This document shows positions 33,675-43,441 of a stretch of 64,000 nucleotides of DNA, piece by piece. This DNA is from Bdellovibrionales bacterium. Its GTDB lineage: Bacteria; Bdellovibrionota; Bdellovibrionia; Bdellovibrionales; JAUICD01. The stretch covers positions 2,875,091-2,939,090 of the forward strand of contig OZ253553.1 in NCBI GenBank assembly GCA_965262715.1. The letters run 5' to 3'. A model generated the notes under the pieces. It had not been told where the DNA came from, made no database searches, and saw only the letters and a program-made list of their open reading frames with translations. Both the position numbers and the translations under genes were made by a program. The stretch's first letter is position 1. Each line of letters opens with the position of its first letter.

Positions 33675-35876
33675 ATGAAATATAAAATAATATGTTTGTT
33701 TATATGGTTATTGACCATAAGCCTGTCATTTTCTGTATTTTCACAAGATCAATTCAAACAAGATGAGATGGATAGGAATCTTTTACGTGTAGTTCGCACT
33801 GGCAATTTGGAAGAAGTTGAAAAATCTTTATTAGCTGTAGCCAATCCTAATGCTAAAGATGAATATGATCAAAACAACACAGCTCTTCACTATGCTGCTA
33901 TGGAGGGGCATACAGCTATAGTAGAGATGTTGATTCGACATGGAGCAGATTCTTTAGCTGTTAATGATTTACACCAAACTCCTGCCATGGTGGCAAAAAG
34001 CAGATCTGTTACCAACATGTTAAATCAATATGGAACATACTCCCCACCATCTCCTGAAATTCTCCGCCAACAGCAATTAGATGAACAGCTCATCAGAGCA
34101 ACTATAAATTTTGATGGTTATGACAAAGCTATTCAAGCTTTATCAGAAGGAGCTAATCCCAATGCAACAGACGATAGAGAGGTCCGTATTTTATCACTGC
34201 GTTTAAGTACAGGTCAGGTGATCTCTGTTGAGCAAAGATTTGGATGGGAAGGTATGCCTGTTTTATTTTTAAGTGTGATGCACAGTGGATATCAATTAGT
34301 TGAGGCCTTAATCAGAAAGGGAGCAAATATTGACACTGTATTGACTGTTAATATTATAAAGAAGATCAATGTTTTATCGGAAGGTTTGTCTGTTAAAGAT
34401 CCACAAACACGTCAAGTACTACAACGTCATGGTGCTAGAGAGTTGCCTCCAGATGTCAATGAGCGTTCCATAACAGAACAACAAATGGATTCTAGCTTAT
34501 TGGTAGCAGCAGCTCATGGGGATGTCCAACAAATATTAGAGCTTTTAGGGGCAGGAGCTAATCCCAATGCGGCCGACCACAATAACACAACAGCTCTGCA
34601 CTGGGCAGCAAGCAGTCACAATGTGGATGCTGTTAGAGTGTTGATTGCTTATGGTGCTGATCCTAGTGCCATTACTGTTTTTGCTGAAACTGTTTTTGAT
34701 TGGACAACAAATACAGATATACGAAGTATATTAGGAAAACGTTCATCGACTTCTCTAGGTTTAACTTTGAATTCTTATTCCGATGTTTACATTTACACAA
34801 CAAATGATCACAGCCGGCAGGAACAACTTGATGATCAATTACGTCTTGCCATTCTTAGATATCCAGAGGCTTATAAAAGAAGGGCTATGGGTATAGATGA
34901 TATAGGTGAAGCCATTGCTTTAGGTGCTGATGTCAATGCTATTTATAAAGACGTGAGAATAACTCAGCTTGGGGAGAGAATAGTTTCTATTTATACTCCT
35001 CTTCATCTGGCCATTCGAACTAACAATATTAAAGCTATACGGATATTATTAAGTCAAGGAGCCTCTATCACATTTCCTTATAGAATCTTTACCCTCTATC
35101 AAGGGCATGGCAACGACCAACAAGATTTTACAGGAGATCATCGAACACATTATGAAGGAATGCGCACAGGTTATGAAATTACTGTAGAGGCTTCAGCTAT
35201 CAATCTGGCTCTTCAAAACGGAAATACATCTGCACAGCATTTAATAGAAGTTTTTAGAGATCATGACTCTTTGGATGTGAATATCCCTTTAAATCAAAAT
35301 AGACAGACCCTTTTACACCAGGCTGCCCATGCTAATGATTCTTCTACTGTTTCTAGTTTATTACAGTTAGGAGCTAATCCTAATATGAAAGATCATCAAA
35401 ATAGGCTTGCAGCACAGATCACGACACAGCCTGAAATTGAAGTGCTGATCCTCTCACATGAAGACTTTGAATCTTATGAGTTTACAGTAGATGAATTATA
35501 TCAAATATACGGAAAGCATTCACAGCTTTTGTTTGCTGTAGTCAAGTATGGATCTGTAGAGGCTGTAAAAGAAACTTTAACCACCATGCAAGCTCAAGGT
35601 GTGGATATAAAAAATATGGTAAATATGGTAGATACAAGTGGACGTAATTTTTTGCATTGGGCATCTCTTCGTGGTGATCTCACAATCATCCAGTTATTGA
35701 TGTCAGTTGGTGTTTCTTCCACAGCACTTAATAAATCTGGCCAAACTCCTGTTGATGTCGCTAGAAGTAGTCAAGTGGCCAAGTTTATTAATGAATTTGT
35801 TACACCAAGCAGAGTATCTCAGGAATTAGCGATGGAAAAGTGCTTAACTTCTTTAACTGCTGGGCCTGGCAATTGA
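33675..35876 (+). CDS. Secreted ankyrin-repeat protein
   Basis: Signal peptide after MKYK; multiple TALH.AA..G and GANPN repeats. Confidence 0.92.
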   Translation: MKYKIICLFIWLLTISLSFSVFSQDQFKQDEMDRNLLRVVRTGNLEEVEKSLLAVANPNAKDEYDQNNTALHYAAMEGHTAIVEMLIRHGADSLAVNDLHQTPAMVAKSRSVTNMLNQYGTYSPPSPEILRQQQLDEQLIRATINFDGYDKAIQALSEGANPNATDDREVRILSLRLSTGQVISVEQRFGWEGMPVLFLSVMHSGYQLVEALIRKGANIDTVLTVNIIKKINVLSEGLSVKDPQTRQVLQRHGARELPPDVNERSITEQQMDSSLLVAAAHGDVQQILELLGAGANPNAADHNNTTALHWAASSHNVDAVRVLIAYGADPSAITVFAETVFDWTTNTDIRSILGKRSSTSLGLTLNSYSDVYIYTTNDHSRQEQLDDQLRLAILRYPEAYKRRAMGIDDIGEAIALGADVNAIYKDVRITQLGERIVSIYTPLHLAIRTNNIKAIRILLSQGASITFPYRIFTLYQGHGNDQQDFTGDHRTHYEGMRTGYEITVEASAINLALQNGNTSAQHLIEVFRDHDSLDVNIPLNQNRQTLLHQAAHANDSSTVSSLLQLGANPNMKDHQNRLAAQITTQPEIEVLILSHEDFESYEFTVDELYQIYGKHSQLLFAVVKYGSVEAVKETLTTMQAQGVDIKNMVNMVDTSGRNFLHWASLRGDLTIIQLLMSVGVSSTALNKSGQTPVDVARSSQVAKFINEFVTPSRVSQELAMEKCLTSLTAGPGN

Positions 35877-36065
35877 AAAAATGAAGTTAAGTAATCTTAA
35901 TAAGTTAAGACTTTTTTTTGGCAGTCATTTGTTCTTTACATTAAAGTACATTAAGTGGTAAAAGAAATTCAAAGTCTTAGTAGAGAAGGGTCTTGTTGCA
36001 CAAAGATTTAAATAGTTTTTATTTTATTTATTTTTTAAGTAAGATTGTCATTTAATATTTTTTTA

Positions 36066-36977
36066 TCAAAGAGAAGAAGGCACAATCATCTGATTAAGGA
36101 TTTTACATTTAATAAACACTTCATTTGCTTGACGATGAAATTCTCTAGAAGATAATTTATCACCTAATAAAGTTTTAAATCTATACATAGCTGTTTCTGA
36201 TATAGACCTCCTGTGATATTTATGCTTTTTTTTCCACTTCTTTCTACCCATCTTCTTGATTTCTCTAATATAAGTATCTCTAAGAAGCGGCGATCCTCGA
36301 CAATTTCCATGCCTCTTAATCACAGCATTCTTTCTAGGTGGAGCAACCAATTTTATACTTCTATCACTTGTAAACTGATAACAATTCTTACAGTCATAAG
36401 CCCCATCAACTGAAACTTGGCCTATCTCATCTTCATATCCTGTCAATAACTCTTCAAAAACCTCATTATCCTTTACAGAATTATCACTTAAAACAGATGC
36501 CTTAATCTGGGAATTTGACTCATCTACCGCTAAATGTAGCTTCTTCCAGGTCCTTCTCTTAGAATACCCATGCTGACGGACTTTCCACTCTCCCTCCCCA
36601 TAAACTTTAAGACCTGTGGAATCAATGACAATATGAGGATTCTTGTGAGAAGATAGCTTTCTTTCTAGTTTTACTGATAACTTCTGTAATCTTCTGCAAA
36701 GAGTTGTATAATTAGGTATTTCTATATCAAGACACATAAGTTCAACTAGGGATTTAGCAAAACCTTCTGTAGATCGCAATTTTAAACCAAATATGAATCT
36801 TAATATATTAAGAGTTTCAATAGCTTTATCAGAGTAAACTTGTTGACCCCCTTGCTTTGAAGAACATTTTGCATACCAAGATTTGACGATATCTGCTGAA
36901 AACCAAAAAGTGATTTGACCTCTATTGACTAGAGACTTATTATAAAGACTCCAGTTTATTTTTTTATTTTTACCCAT
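36066..36977 (-). CDS. IS903-group DDE transposase
   Basis: NW..YN.SL..RG, IDSTGLKVYGEGEW, DGAYD, YHRRS..ETAM.R.K; ATG at 36977 with AGGAG RBS. Confidence 0.95.
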   Translation of the reverse strand: MGKNKKINWSLYNKSLVNRGQITFWFSADIVKSWYAKCSSKQGGQQVYSDKAIETLNILRFIFGLKLRSTEGFAKSLVELMCLDIEIPNYTTLCRRLQKLSVKLERKLSSHKNPHIVIDSTGLKVYGEGEWKVRQHGYSKRRTWKKLHLAVDESNSQIKASVLSDNSVKDNEVFEELLTGYEDEIGQVSVDGAYDCKNCYQFTSDRSIKLVAPPRKNAVIKRHGNCRGSPLLRDTYIREIKKMGRKKWKKKHKYHRRSISETAMYRFKTLLGDKLSSREFHRQANEVFIKCKILNQMIVPSSL

Positions 36978-37081
36978 CTCTAGCTCCTTCTGATTTAGTG
37001 ATTGTGAAAGTTGGGGATGGGTAAATTTTATAATCATTAAAAACAAAAAATCAAAGTAATAGATATATCAAACTCATAAAA

Positions 37082-37304
37082 GATCTTATTGCATAAAAAT
37101 TTAAGAATGAGATTTGTGAAAGACTTCTGAAATAGGACTAGGCTAGCGGCTTAGGGTAAATATCTCTTAAACTATTTTATTCTATAATAAAATCTTAAAA
37201 TAATAGCAATACAAGGCGCGGGGGTTGCCTAGAGCCTATGGAAGATGCCTGACTTAATTCTCTAATCTTTTATATACTTCCTTAAATCTTTGTGCAACAA
37301 AGCC
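37082..37304 (+). mobile_element. MITE-homologous module forming the upstream end of the IS
   Basis: Internal degenerate IR GATCTTATTGCATAAA, then AGAATGAGATTTGTGA..TTTTATTCTATAATAAAATC..GGGGTTGCCT as in 49843-50063. Confidence 0.8.
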
Positions 37305-37320
37305 GTAGAGAAGTCAAATT

Positions 37321-37683
37321 ATGAAATACTTTTTTAAATTTACTATATTGTTATTATGTATGACGGTTTTAACCGGATATGAGGTTTTGGCTCAACAAAA
37401 TACTGATTCTCCATCTCAAACTAATGATCAAACCGCTTTACTGAACCATCTCGAAGATGTTGAATCTTTTTATACACTTGTTGGCGAATCTGATAATGTT
37501 CAATGTACAGATGAGATTTTAAGAAGTATATTCATATATGAGATGGAGGTGTCAATAAATATAGCTGAATCTCTTTTTCAGCCTTATATGTTTGGTGATA
37601 TATTATGGTTCTTAGTGGGGAAGAATATAGTGTTACAATCAGGCACATTACTAAACCTAGACGACTTCGATATGTATCTGTAA
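37321..37683 (+). CDS. Secreted hypothetical protein, possibly frameshifted (coding-like sequence continues to about 37775)
   Basis: First ~37 aa paralogous to the 38081 protein; the IS sits 16 bp before its ATG. Confidence 0.55.
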   Translation: MKYFFKFTILLLCMTVLTGYEVLAQQNTDSPSQTNDQTALLNHLEDVESFYTLVGESDNVQCTDEILRSIFIYEMEVSINIAESLFQPYMFGDILWFLVGKNIVLQSGTLLNLDDFDMYL

Positions 37684-38001
37684 CTCAACAACCTTCATCA
37701 GAAGACATTGAGCTTATGAGAGCAGGATTAGAAAGATTACAGGAAGAGTGGAATTCTTGTGTAGAAGAAAGTAGATAGCATCACTCCTCATGCCTCATAT
37801 ATCTTGGTATTGTACCTAGAGTCTGTTTTCCTAGAACTCCATGAGCATAAAAGTTAAGTCTTCAGCAGAATATCATCTTTACATGGTTCCTAATAAAATA
37901 AGGCATTTTTTACATGGTTATCATTACCTCTATTTTGACTTATTCTTTAGGTAAAATAGAAAGATAATTGATTTCAATAACTTGGCTTATCCTCCTTATT
38001 C

Positions 38002-38017
38002 TGGCAGAGATTTTGCT
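38002..38017 (+). promoter_or_regulatory. Sigma54 (-24/-12) promoter candidate
   Basis: TGGCAG-AGATT-TTGCT upstream of the ankyrin gene. Confidence 0.55.
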
Positions 38018-38080
38018 TGTATTATGAATCATTAAGTGTTAGAAATAATTCACAATTTTATTAAGAAAGGAAGTTAAACT

Positions 38081-38980
38081 ATGAAATATTTTATTAAATT
38101 TATAGTATTGTCATTATGTATAACGGTTTTGACCGGATATGAGGCTTTAGCTCAACAAGATACCAGTTCCCCATCTCAGACTGATGACCAAGAAGTATCA
38201 ATGGATCGTCATAAAGAAAGGCAATTAATTTTAGCAGTTCGTTTTGGACACGAAGGTGTAGTTCGTACAATTTTAAATGAGGGTGTAAATCCAAATATCT
38301 TTGACTCTGATGGACTCTACCCACTCCATTTAGCTGTTCAAAATGAAGATTTTAACATAGTTCAACTGCTATTAGGTGCCGGTGCAGATGTGGATATCTT
38401 TAGTCCTGATGGATATTACCCACTTCACTTGGCTATCACTATGGGTAATATGGATATAACTGAGGCACTTGTAAATGCTGACGCAAATGCAGATATCCCT
38501 GATCCTAATGGAAATTATCCAATTCATTTAGCTATTAATAGTGGAAGTGATGAGATAATTGGTAAAATTGCAGGCGTTGCTACAAATGTAAATGTTCCTG
38601 ATCCTAATGGACTGTATCCAATCCATTTACTAGTCAATAATATAAGAAACACTCATCTGAGAAGGGCATTTTTAATATCTAATTCTTATTTTCATGAAAA
38701 TGTCAATAATCAAGCTGACCTAGCTTTGGTAAATATTCCCGATCCTAATGGAGTCTATCCATCCCAGTGGGGTATTTATTATGCATATAGGTCTTATAAC
38801 GACATCAGCCTACCTGTATTTCCAGAGATTAGTACTATTCCCACAGATATATTAAACAAAATCTGTGATGACTACAATATGAGATCCCGTCCCTATTGGC
38901 TGAGGAGAGCGATAAGGTCGTCATCCTACATGGCTTATTTAGATTTAGAGATTATAACAGATACTTGTAAGTCAGATTAA
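38081..38980 (+). CDS. Secreted ankyrin-repeat protein
   Basis: Signal peptide; repeats of N.PDPNG.YP(L/I)HLA. Confidence 0.9.
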   Translation: MKYFIKFIVLSLCITVLTGYEALAQQDTSSPSQTDDQEVSMDRHKERQLILAVRFGHEGVVRTILNEGVNPNIFDSDGLYPLHLAVQNEDFNIVQLLLGAGADVDIFSPDGYYPLHLAITMGNMDITEALVNADANADIPDPNGNYPIHLAINSGSDEIIGKIAGVATNVNVPDPNGLYPIHLLVNNIRNTHLRRAFLISNSYFHENVNNQADLALVNIPDPNGVYPSQWGIYYAYRSYNDISLPVFPEISTIPTDILNKICDDYNMRSRPYWLRRAIRSSSYMAYLDLEIITDTCKSD

Positions 38981-39223
38981 AAATAGACAATCTCATTTTT
39001 AATAGATAGTTTCTTAAATTTTTGAATCTTATAATTGCTCTATAAGTAAATTTTTTATTTAAGGTGTAGTTGTAGTATATAGACGTAGCCAGAATTGATA
39101 CGCAATTGAACTTTAGAAAAAAGATTTCAAAGTTTAGATTAGAAGCTTAATGGAGCATACTCGGCATGCTCATAGACCCTAAAACTTCAAGTATTAAACT
39201 TAGGACACTTAAGCTTAATAGGA

Positions 39224-39847
39224 TTATAAATCAAGAGGCATAACGCCTGTGGTAATTAATCCGGTTGTTGGATCTTCTGCAAAAAAGTTAGGATCTGAAA
39301 AGATCTCGAAATCACTTCCAGAAACTGATCTTAATTTAGGTAAAAGAAATGAATTAACTTCGAAATCTCTTATATTAAAAGCTAGACTATGGCTACTTTC
39401 ATTGTAGCTGAATTTGACAAGGACAAATCCCGGAATAGTTTTTCCTTCAGAAATTAAGGGGGAAGTTAAAGTAAAGTAAAACTCGTAATTATGAAAAAGA
39501 TCATCCATGATACTATCAGAGATAGAGATGTCTAATCTAAATAAAGAATTCATGACAGAATCCATGACTTCAGCTCCAAAAATGGTTATTGGAAGAACTC
39601 CAAGAGTGCCAAAGAACAATATACTTTTATCATAAACAAGGAGCGCAAAGCTTTCTTGTCTGTTGATCTGCAATTGGTATTTTTGCAGATCAGGTGTTTC
39701 CAGATATTCTTGCACATGGTTATTAAGTTGTTCAATCATCATGTCATAACCTATAAGGTCATGCACAAGTTCTTGTGCCTGTACCCTCTGCTTATTCATA
39801 GAAAAAACAGTAGTCAGGATAGTTAAAGTCAAAAGTTTACTTTTCAT
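39224..39847 (-). CDS. Secreted hypothetical protein
   Basis: AGG RBS and a signal peptide ending VQA. Confidence 0.6.
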   Translation of the reverse strand: MKSKLLTLTILTTVFSMNKQRVQAQELVHDLIGYDMMIEQLNNHVQEYLETPDLQKYQLQINRQESFALLVYDKSILFFGTLGVLPITIFGAEVMDSVMNSLFRLDISISDSIMDDLFHNYEFYFTLTSPLISEGKTIPGFVLVKFSYNESSHSLAFNIRDFEVNSFLLPKLRSVSGSDFEIFSDPNFFAEDPTTGLITTGVMPLDL

Positions 39848-40024
39848 AACCGACCTTCCTTTCTTATACTCTTCAAAATCAGAGCATATTATATATCAAA
39901 TTGAAATTTTTGTCAAGCTAGATTTTACTATCCCTCTTTGCTTTTTGAATAATATGTCTTTTAAATTAGAACCAATCTCAAAAATGTATTACCTTATACA
40001 AATCAATGCATTTTACAAAAACAT

Positions 40025-40261
40025 TCACTCTTTCCGAGAAATAACAAAAGGACTATTGAGGGCATGACTAATGGCCACCATTAATGGTGTATAACCTGAT
40101 TCATTTCTTGAGTTAGGGTTTGCTCCTGTTTCTAATATGTTTGTAATCCATTCATGTTGATCCCGATAACGAAAACTTTCATAAGATGCTCTTTCCATAG
40201 AGGTGTTTAAAGCATTAGGGATAAGAATACCTTCTAAGCCTCTTAATATAGAACAGATCAC
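40025..40261 (-). pseudogene. Ankyrin-repeat gene fragment
   Basis: GANPNSRNESGYTPLMVA; no convincing start. Confidence 0.6.
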
Positions 40262-40292
40262 AAAGTAGCTGAACAGGCACCCCTAAGTCTTT

Positions 40293-40880
40293 TCATAAAG
40301 GTGTAATGGGCATGGGTTTGAAATCTTTTTTGTTTAAAAGGGTAGCTCTTTCTCCAAAAGCATGGATGACAAACAAACCTTGAGCCTCTGCTTCTGCGAC
40401 CACTCCTTTTTCACAGGATAAAAAGGCAATGCCTCCATAAAGGGCTTTGTTTTTAGCAAGATCGCTTTCTTTTTTGAACAAAGCTAGCACTTCTATAAAC
40501 TTTTTGATATGCTTCTTTTTGAAGTTTTTTTTGACTTCTAAAGCAACAGCTTCTCTTCCATTGATGGCCAGAGAATCAATCTCTCCGTAACTCGGATTGT
40601 AGAGACGTGTTAAAGTTTCCTGCACATCAATACCTCTATCTTTTAATAACCGGGAAGCATTGGGAGTTGCAACATTTTCTATAAATTGACCCCACTGGTT
40701 ACCCAACTCGCCAGATATCTTATCACCAATCTCCTTAATTTTTTGGTCAACCTCTGCTAAACTACGCTTTCGTGCTTCGTCAACTTCCTTAAATTTTTGA
40801 TTGACTTCTTTAAAGCCACGCTCTTGGGTTTCAGCCAATTTTTTAATACTTTCCCTGACTTCATCTATACTCGTTGTCAT
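40293..40880 (-). CDS. Coiled-coil + PD-(D/E)XK-like domain protein (DUF3782-like)
   Basis: N-terminal heptads, LGNQWGQFIE, EID..A..G.....LEVK. Confidence 0.7.
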   Translation of the reverse strand: MTTSIDEVRESIKKLAETQERGFKEVNQKFKEVDEARKRSLAEVDQKIKEIGDKISGELGNQWGQFIENVATPNASRLLKDRGIDVQETLTRLYNPSYGEIDSLAINGREAVALEVKKNFKKKHIKKFIEVLALFKKESDLAKNKALYGGIAFLSCEKGVVAEAEAQGLFVIHAFGERATLLNKKDFKPMPITPL

Positions 40881-41055
40881 TTACCCTCCTTTGTTGTGGC
40901 CATTGTTCTCACTTATCATAGAGGCAAAAGCTCCTTTTGGACAAGCCTTTTCCATTTTTATCTGACTTATGTAAACTGTATAAAAATAAAACAGATTGTT
41001 GATTTTATGATCTTTAAATTTACTGCTAAATCTTAAAAACACTATCCACAACCTT

Positions 41056-41127
41056 GCGAATTTATATATGACAAGGCAATTTTTGAGGCTTCGCAGACTT
41101 AACCGATTTTTGTCTCTTTCTTTGTAA
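41056..41127 (+). repeat. 72-bp direct repeat of the Beta-gene 3' end (43370-43441)
   Basis: Four mismatches, three of them synonymous in the Beta frame. Confidence 0.85.
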
Positions 41128-41224
41128 CGTAACTTCAAATAGGTTGACAAAGAGATAGCCTGTATTCATATTGAAAACCTATTAAACTCAAATTTACATT
41201 TGTTGTTTTTAGAGGAAATATCTT

Positions 41225-41794
41225 ATGAATTGGAAACTTCAAATTGCAAAAGGTGCTTTACTTTCGGTTGGACTTATAGGTTCAATTTTGGTTGTATTTT
41301 TTATATTTAAAGGTTTTATAGGTATAGATAGGTTGTTAGAAATAAAAGGATTCTTTTTTACTACTGAACCCATAGATAGTGAAACTATAATGAATTTAAA
41401 GAAGCTCGGAACTTCAGATAAAATTCTTCCCTTTAATTCGATATTTACTCAAACTTTAGCTTACTACGACACAATCATAACTATATTAATTGGAATATTA
41501 GGAGTTGTGATTGCTATTGCATTTGTTTACATAAAATACAATTCCGAAGAAAAAAGCAGAGAACATGCAGAAAAATACATGGAAAATTATTTAAAAACAA
41601 CAAGTTTTCGTGATATGGTTGAAGAGATGGCTGAAAAAATTGCAAAAGATAGGATAGAATCATGGGGAGAAGATATTACCAAAGGATTTGAAAGAATTGA
41701 ACAACTAGAGAAAAATGTTGAACAAATAAAAAGAAAAGTGGCTTCTTTAGAAGAAGATAGAAAAGAATCAAATGAGTCTCTAGACAAAGATTAA
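41225..41794 (+). CDS. Two-TM membrane protein with C-terminal coiled coil
   Basis: Two hydrophobic helices and heptads; first gene of a three-gene run. Confidence 0.7.
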   Translation: MNWKLQIAKGALLSVGLIGSILVVFFIFKGFIGIDRLLEIKGFFFTTEPIDSETIMNLKKLGTSDKILPFNSIFTQTLAYYDTIITILIGILGVVIAIAFVYIKYNSEEKSREHAEKYMENYLKTTSFRDMVEEMAEKIAKDRIESWGEDITKGFERIEQLEKNVEQIKRKVASLEEDRKESNESLDKD

Positions 41795-41823
41795 AATTAT
41801 AACCTTTAAAACTGGAGTTAAAA

Positions 41824-42354
41824 ATGGCTACAATTTATCCAGATAAAGATTATGAGTTTCCACAATACTCTGATTATCCAAGACTTCTTGATCCTCAAAA
41901 AATTCTTATAGAAAATAAGGAAAAATCATATCCTTTAGACATTGAAGCTTTAATAAAGAAATACAATATTGAGATTCTCAAAGAAGATATGGACTATGAT
42001 ATTTCTGGGTACATTGAACAAAGAGGGAGAAAATGGACTATAGGAATTAATAAGTATCATAGCAAAAAAAGGCAACGATTTACAATGGCACATGAATTTG
42101 CTCATTATGTTTTACACAGGGGTCACATCGAATTAAAACATAAAGATATGGCTTTATTTAGAAATAACGAAATAAACTCTATTGAGGTAGAAGCAAATAA
42201 TTTTGCAGGTGAACTATTGATGCCAAGAGAAAAATTTAAACAATACATTGCTGATGGAATAAAAAAAATATCAGATTTATCTGAAAAGTTTGATGTATCT
42301 ATTAGTGCTATTCGTTATAAAGCTTACAGGTTAGGTTATTTGAACAGTGTCTAA
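41824..42354 (+). CDS. ImmA/IrrE family metallo-endopeptidase
   Basis: RQRFTMAHEFAH, E.EANNFAGELLMP, C-terminal HTH F.VS. Confidence 0.92.
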   Translation: MATIYPDKDYEFPQYSDYPRLLDPQKILIENKEKSYPLDIEALIKKYNIEILKEDMDYDISGYIEQRGRKWTIGINKYHSKKRQRFTMAHEFAHYVLHRGHIELKHKDMALFRNNEINSIEVEANNFAGELLMPREKFKQYIADGIKKISDLSEKFDVSISAIRYKAYRLGYLNSV

Positions 42355-43441
42355 AAATTTTTGTTACTTTCCAATACTGAAGACAACAGATGCAGAATTG
42401 AAGGCATTTAACTTTTTAGACGCTTCTGTAAAGGATAGGGTTCTTCCTATTTTTGAATTAACAAAATCAAGAATTTCAAAAAAAAATCCTGATGGATTAA
42501 TAGCAAAAAAACTGGATAAACTTCATGAAATTATGAAAACAAATCCATTTATATTGGATTTAACAACAGAACCAACATTTTCAAATAGAGAAATTGAAGA
42601 GCTAATTCATAACGGTGCAAATGGATATGAAAAGTGGACCAAGTTTTTAATAAAAAGAAAAGAACAATTTAATATTATTCCTATGGTACATTACCAACCT
42701 CAAAAAAAAGAAGAGGTTAAAAAACAAATAAACAAATTAAAAGATAATTTTCCATCAGTTGCTTTTAGAATAGAAATTTTTCAAAAAGAATCCTTTAATT
42801 ATATAGAAGATTTTTTTTCTCTTTGTGAAACAGACTATGAAAAAATTATCATCATTTTAGATGGGAAATATATTCATAGTAAAGATGATGAAAAAAAGAA
42901 GGGTTTTAAAACAAAAGTTATTGATATAGCTGAAAAAATCAATGTTAATTCAAATATTGTATGTGCTTTTTCAAGTTTTCCCAAATCTCCTAGAAAGGAA
43001 GCTAATTGTTCTGAAAATTATGGAGAGTTTAACCTAATAGAAGCTAAGACTAATCAAGAAGTCATTAATGCTCTAAAACAAAAAACAGAAAAAATTTATC
43101 ATGGAGATTTTGCTTCAATTCATCCTGTAAGATATGATACAGGAGGCGGTGGATGGATACCAAGAATTGATGTTCCTTTAGATGACAAATTTTTTTATTA
43201 TCGTTATAGGAGAGATGAAGGTTCTTATTCTCTTTGTGCAAAAAATGTTATAAAAGACCCAAGATATAAAAAAATAGAAGGCTTAAACTCGTGGGGAGAT
43301 TTAGAAGTTAAAGATGCCTCAGAGGATAATCCTAATGGAAAAAATCCATCTCATTGGATAGCTGTTCGTGCTAATCTATATATGACAAGGCAATGTTTGA
43401 GGCTTCGCAGACTTAACCGATTCTTGTCTCTTTCTTTGTAA
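42347..43441 (+). CDS. Beta family protein (T4 beta/Sce7725-related)
   Basis: Y.PILK...AE..A, P.FEL, SSFP, GDFASIHP, PRID.P, W...R.N pattern; overlaps the peptidase stop. Confidence 0.7.
   Translation: MSKNFCYFPILKTTDAELKAFNFLDASVKDRVLPIFELTKSRISKKNPDGLIAKKLDKLHEIMKTNPFILDLTTEPTFSNREIEELIHNGANGYEKWTKFLIKRKEQFNIIPMVHYQPQKKEEVKKQINKLKDNFPSVAFRIEIFQKESFNYIEDFFSLCETDYEKIIIILDGKYIHSKDDEKKKGFKTKVIDIAEKINVNSNIVCAFSSFPKSPRKEANCSENYGEFNLIEAKTNQEVINALKQKTEKIYHGDFASIHPVRYDTGGGGWIPRIDVPLDDKFFYYRYRRDEGSYSLCAKNVIKDPRYKKIEGLNSWGDLEVKDASEDNPNGKNPSHWIAVRANLYMTRQCLRLRRLNRFLSLSL

Larger units (their letters stand above)
35989..37304 (-). mobile_element. IS5 family, IS903 group insertion sequence with 9-bp TSD
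   Basis: IRs GGTCTTGTTGCACAAAGATTTAA / TTAAATCTTTGTGCAACAAAGCC; TSD GTAGAGAAG at 35980-35988 and 37305-37313. Confidence 0.95.

Noticed and set aside
40881..41150. 89-aa minus-strand ORF
   Set aside because: It is antisense to the Beta 3'-end repeat, with no coding evidence.
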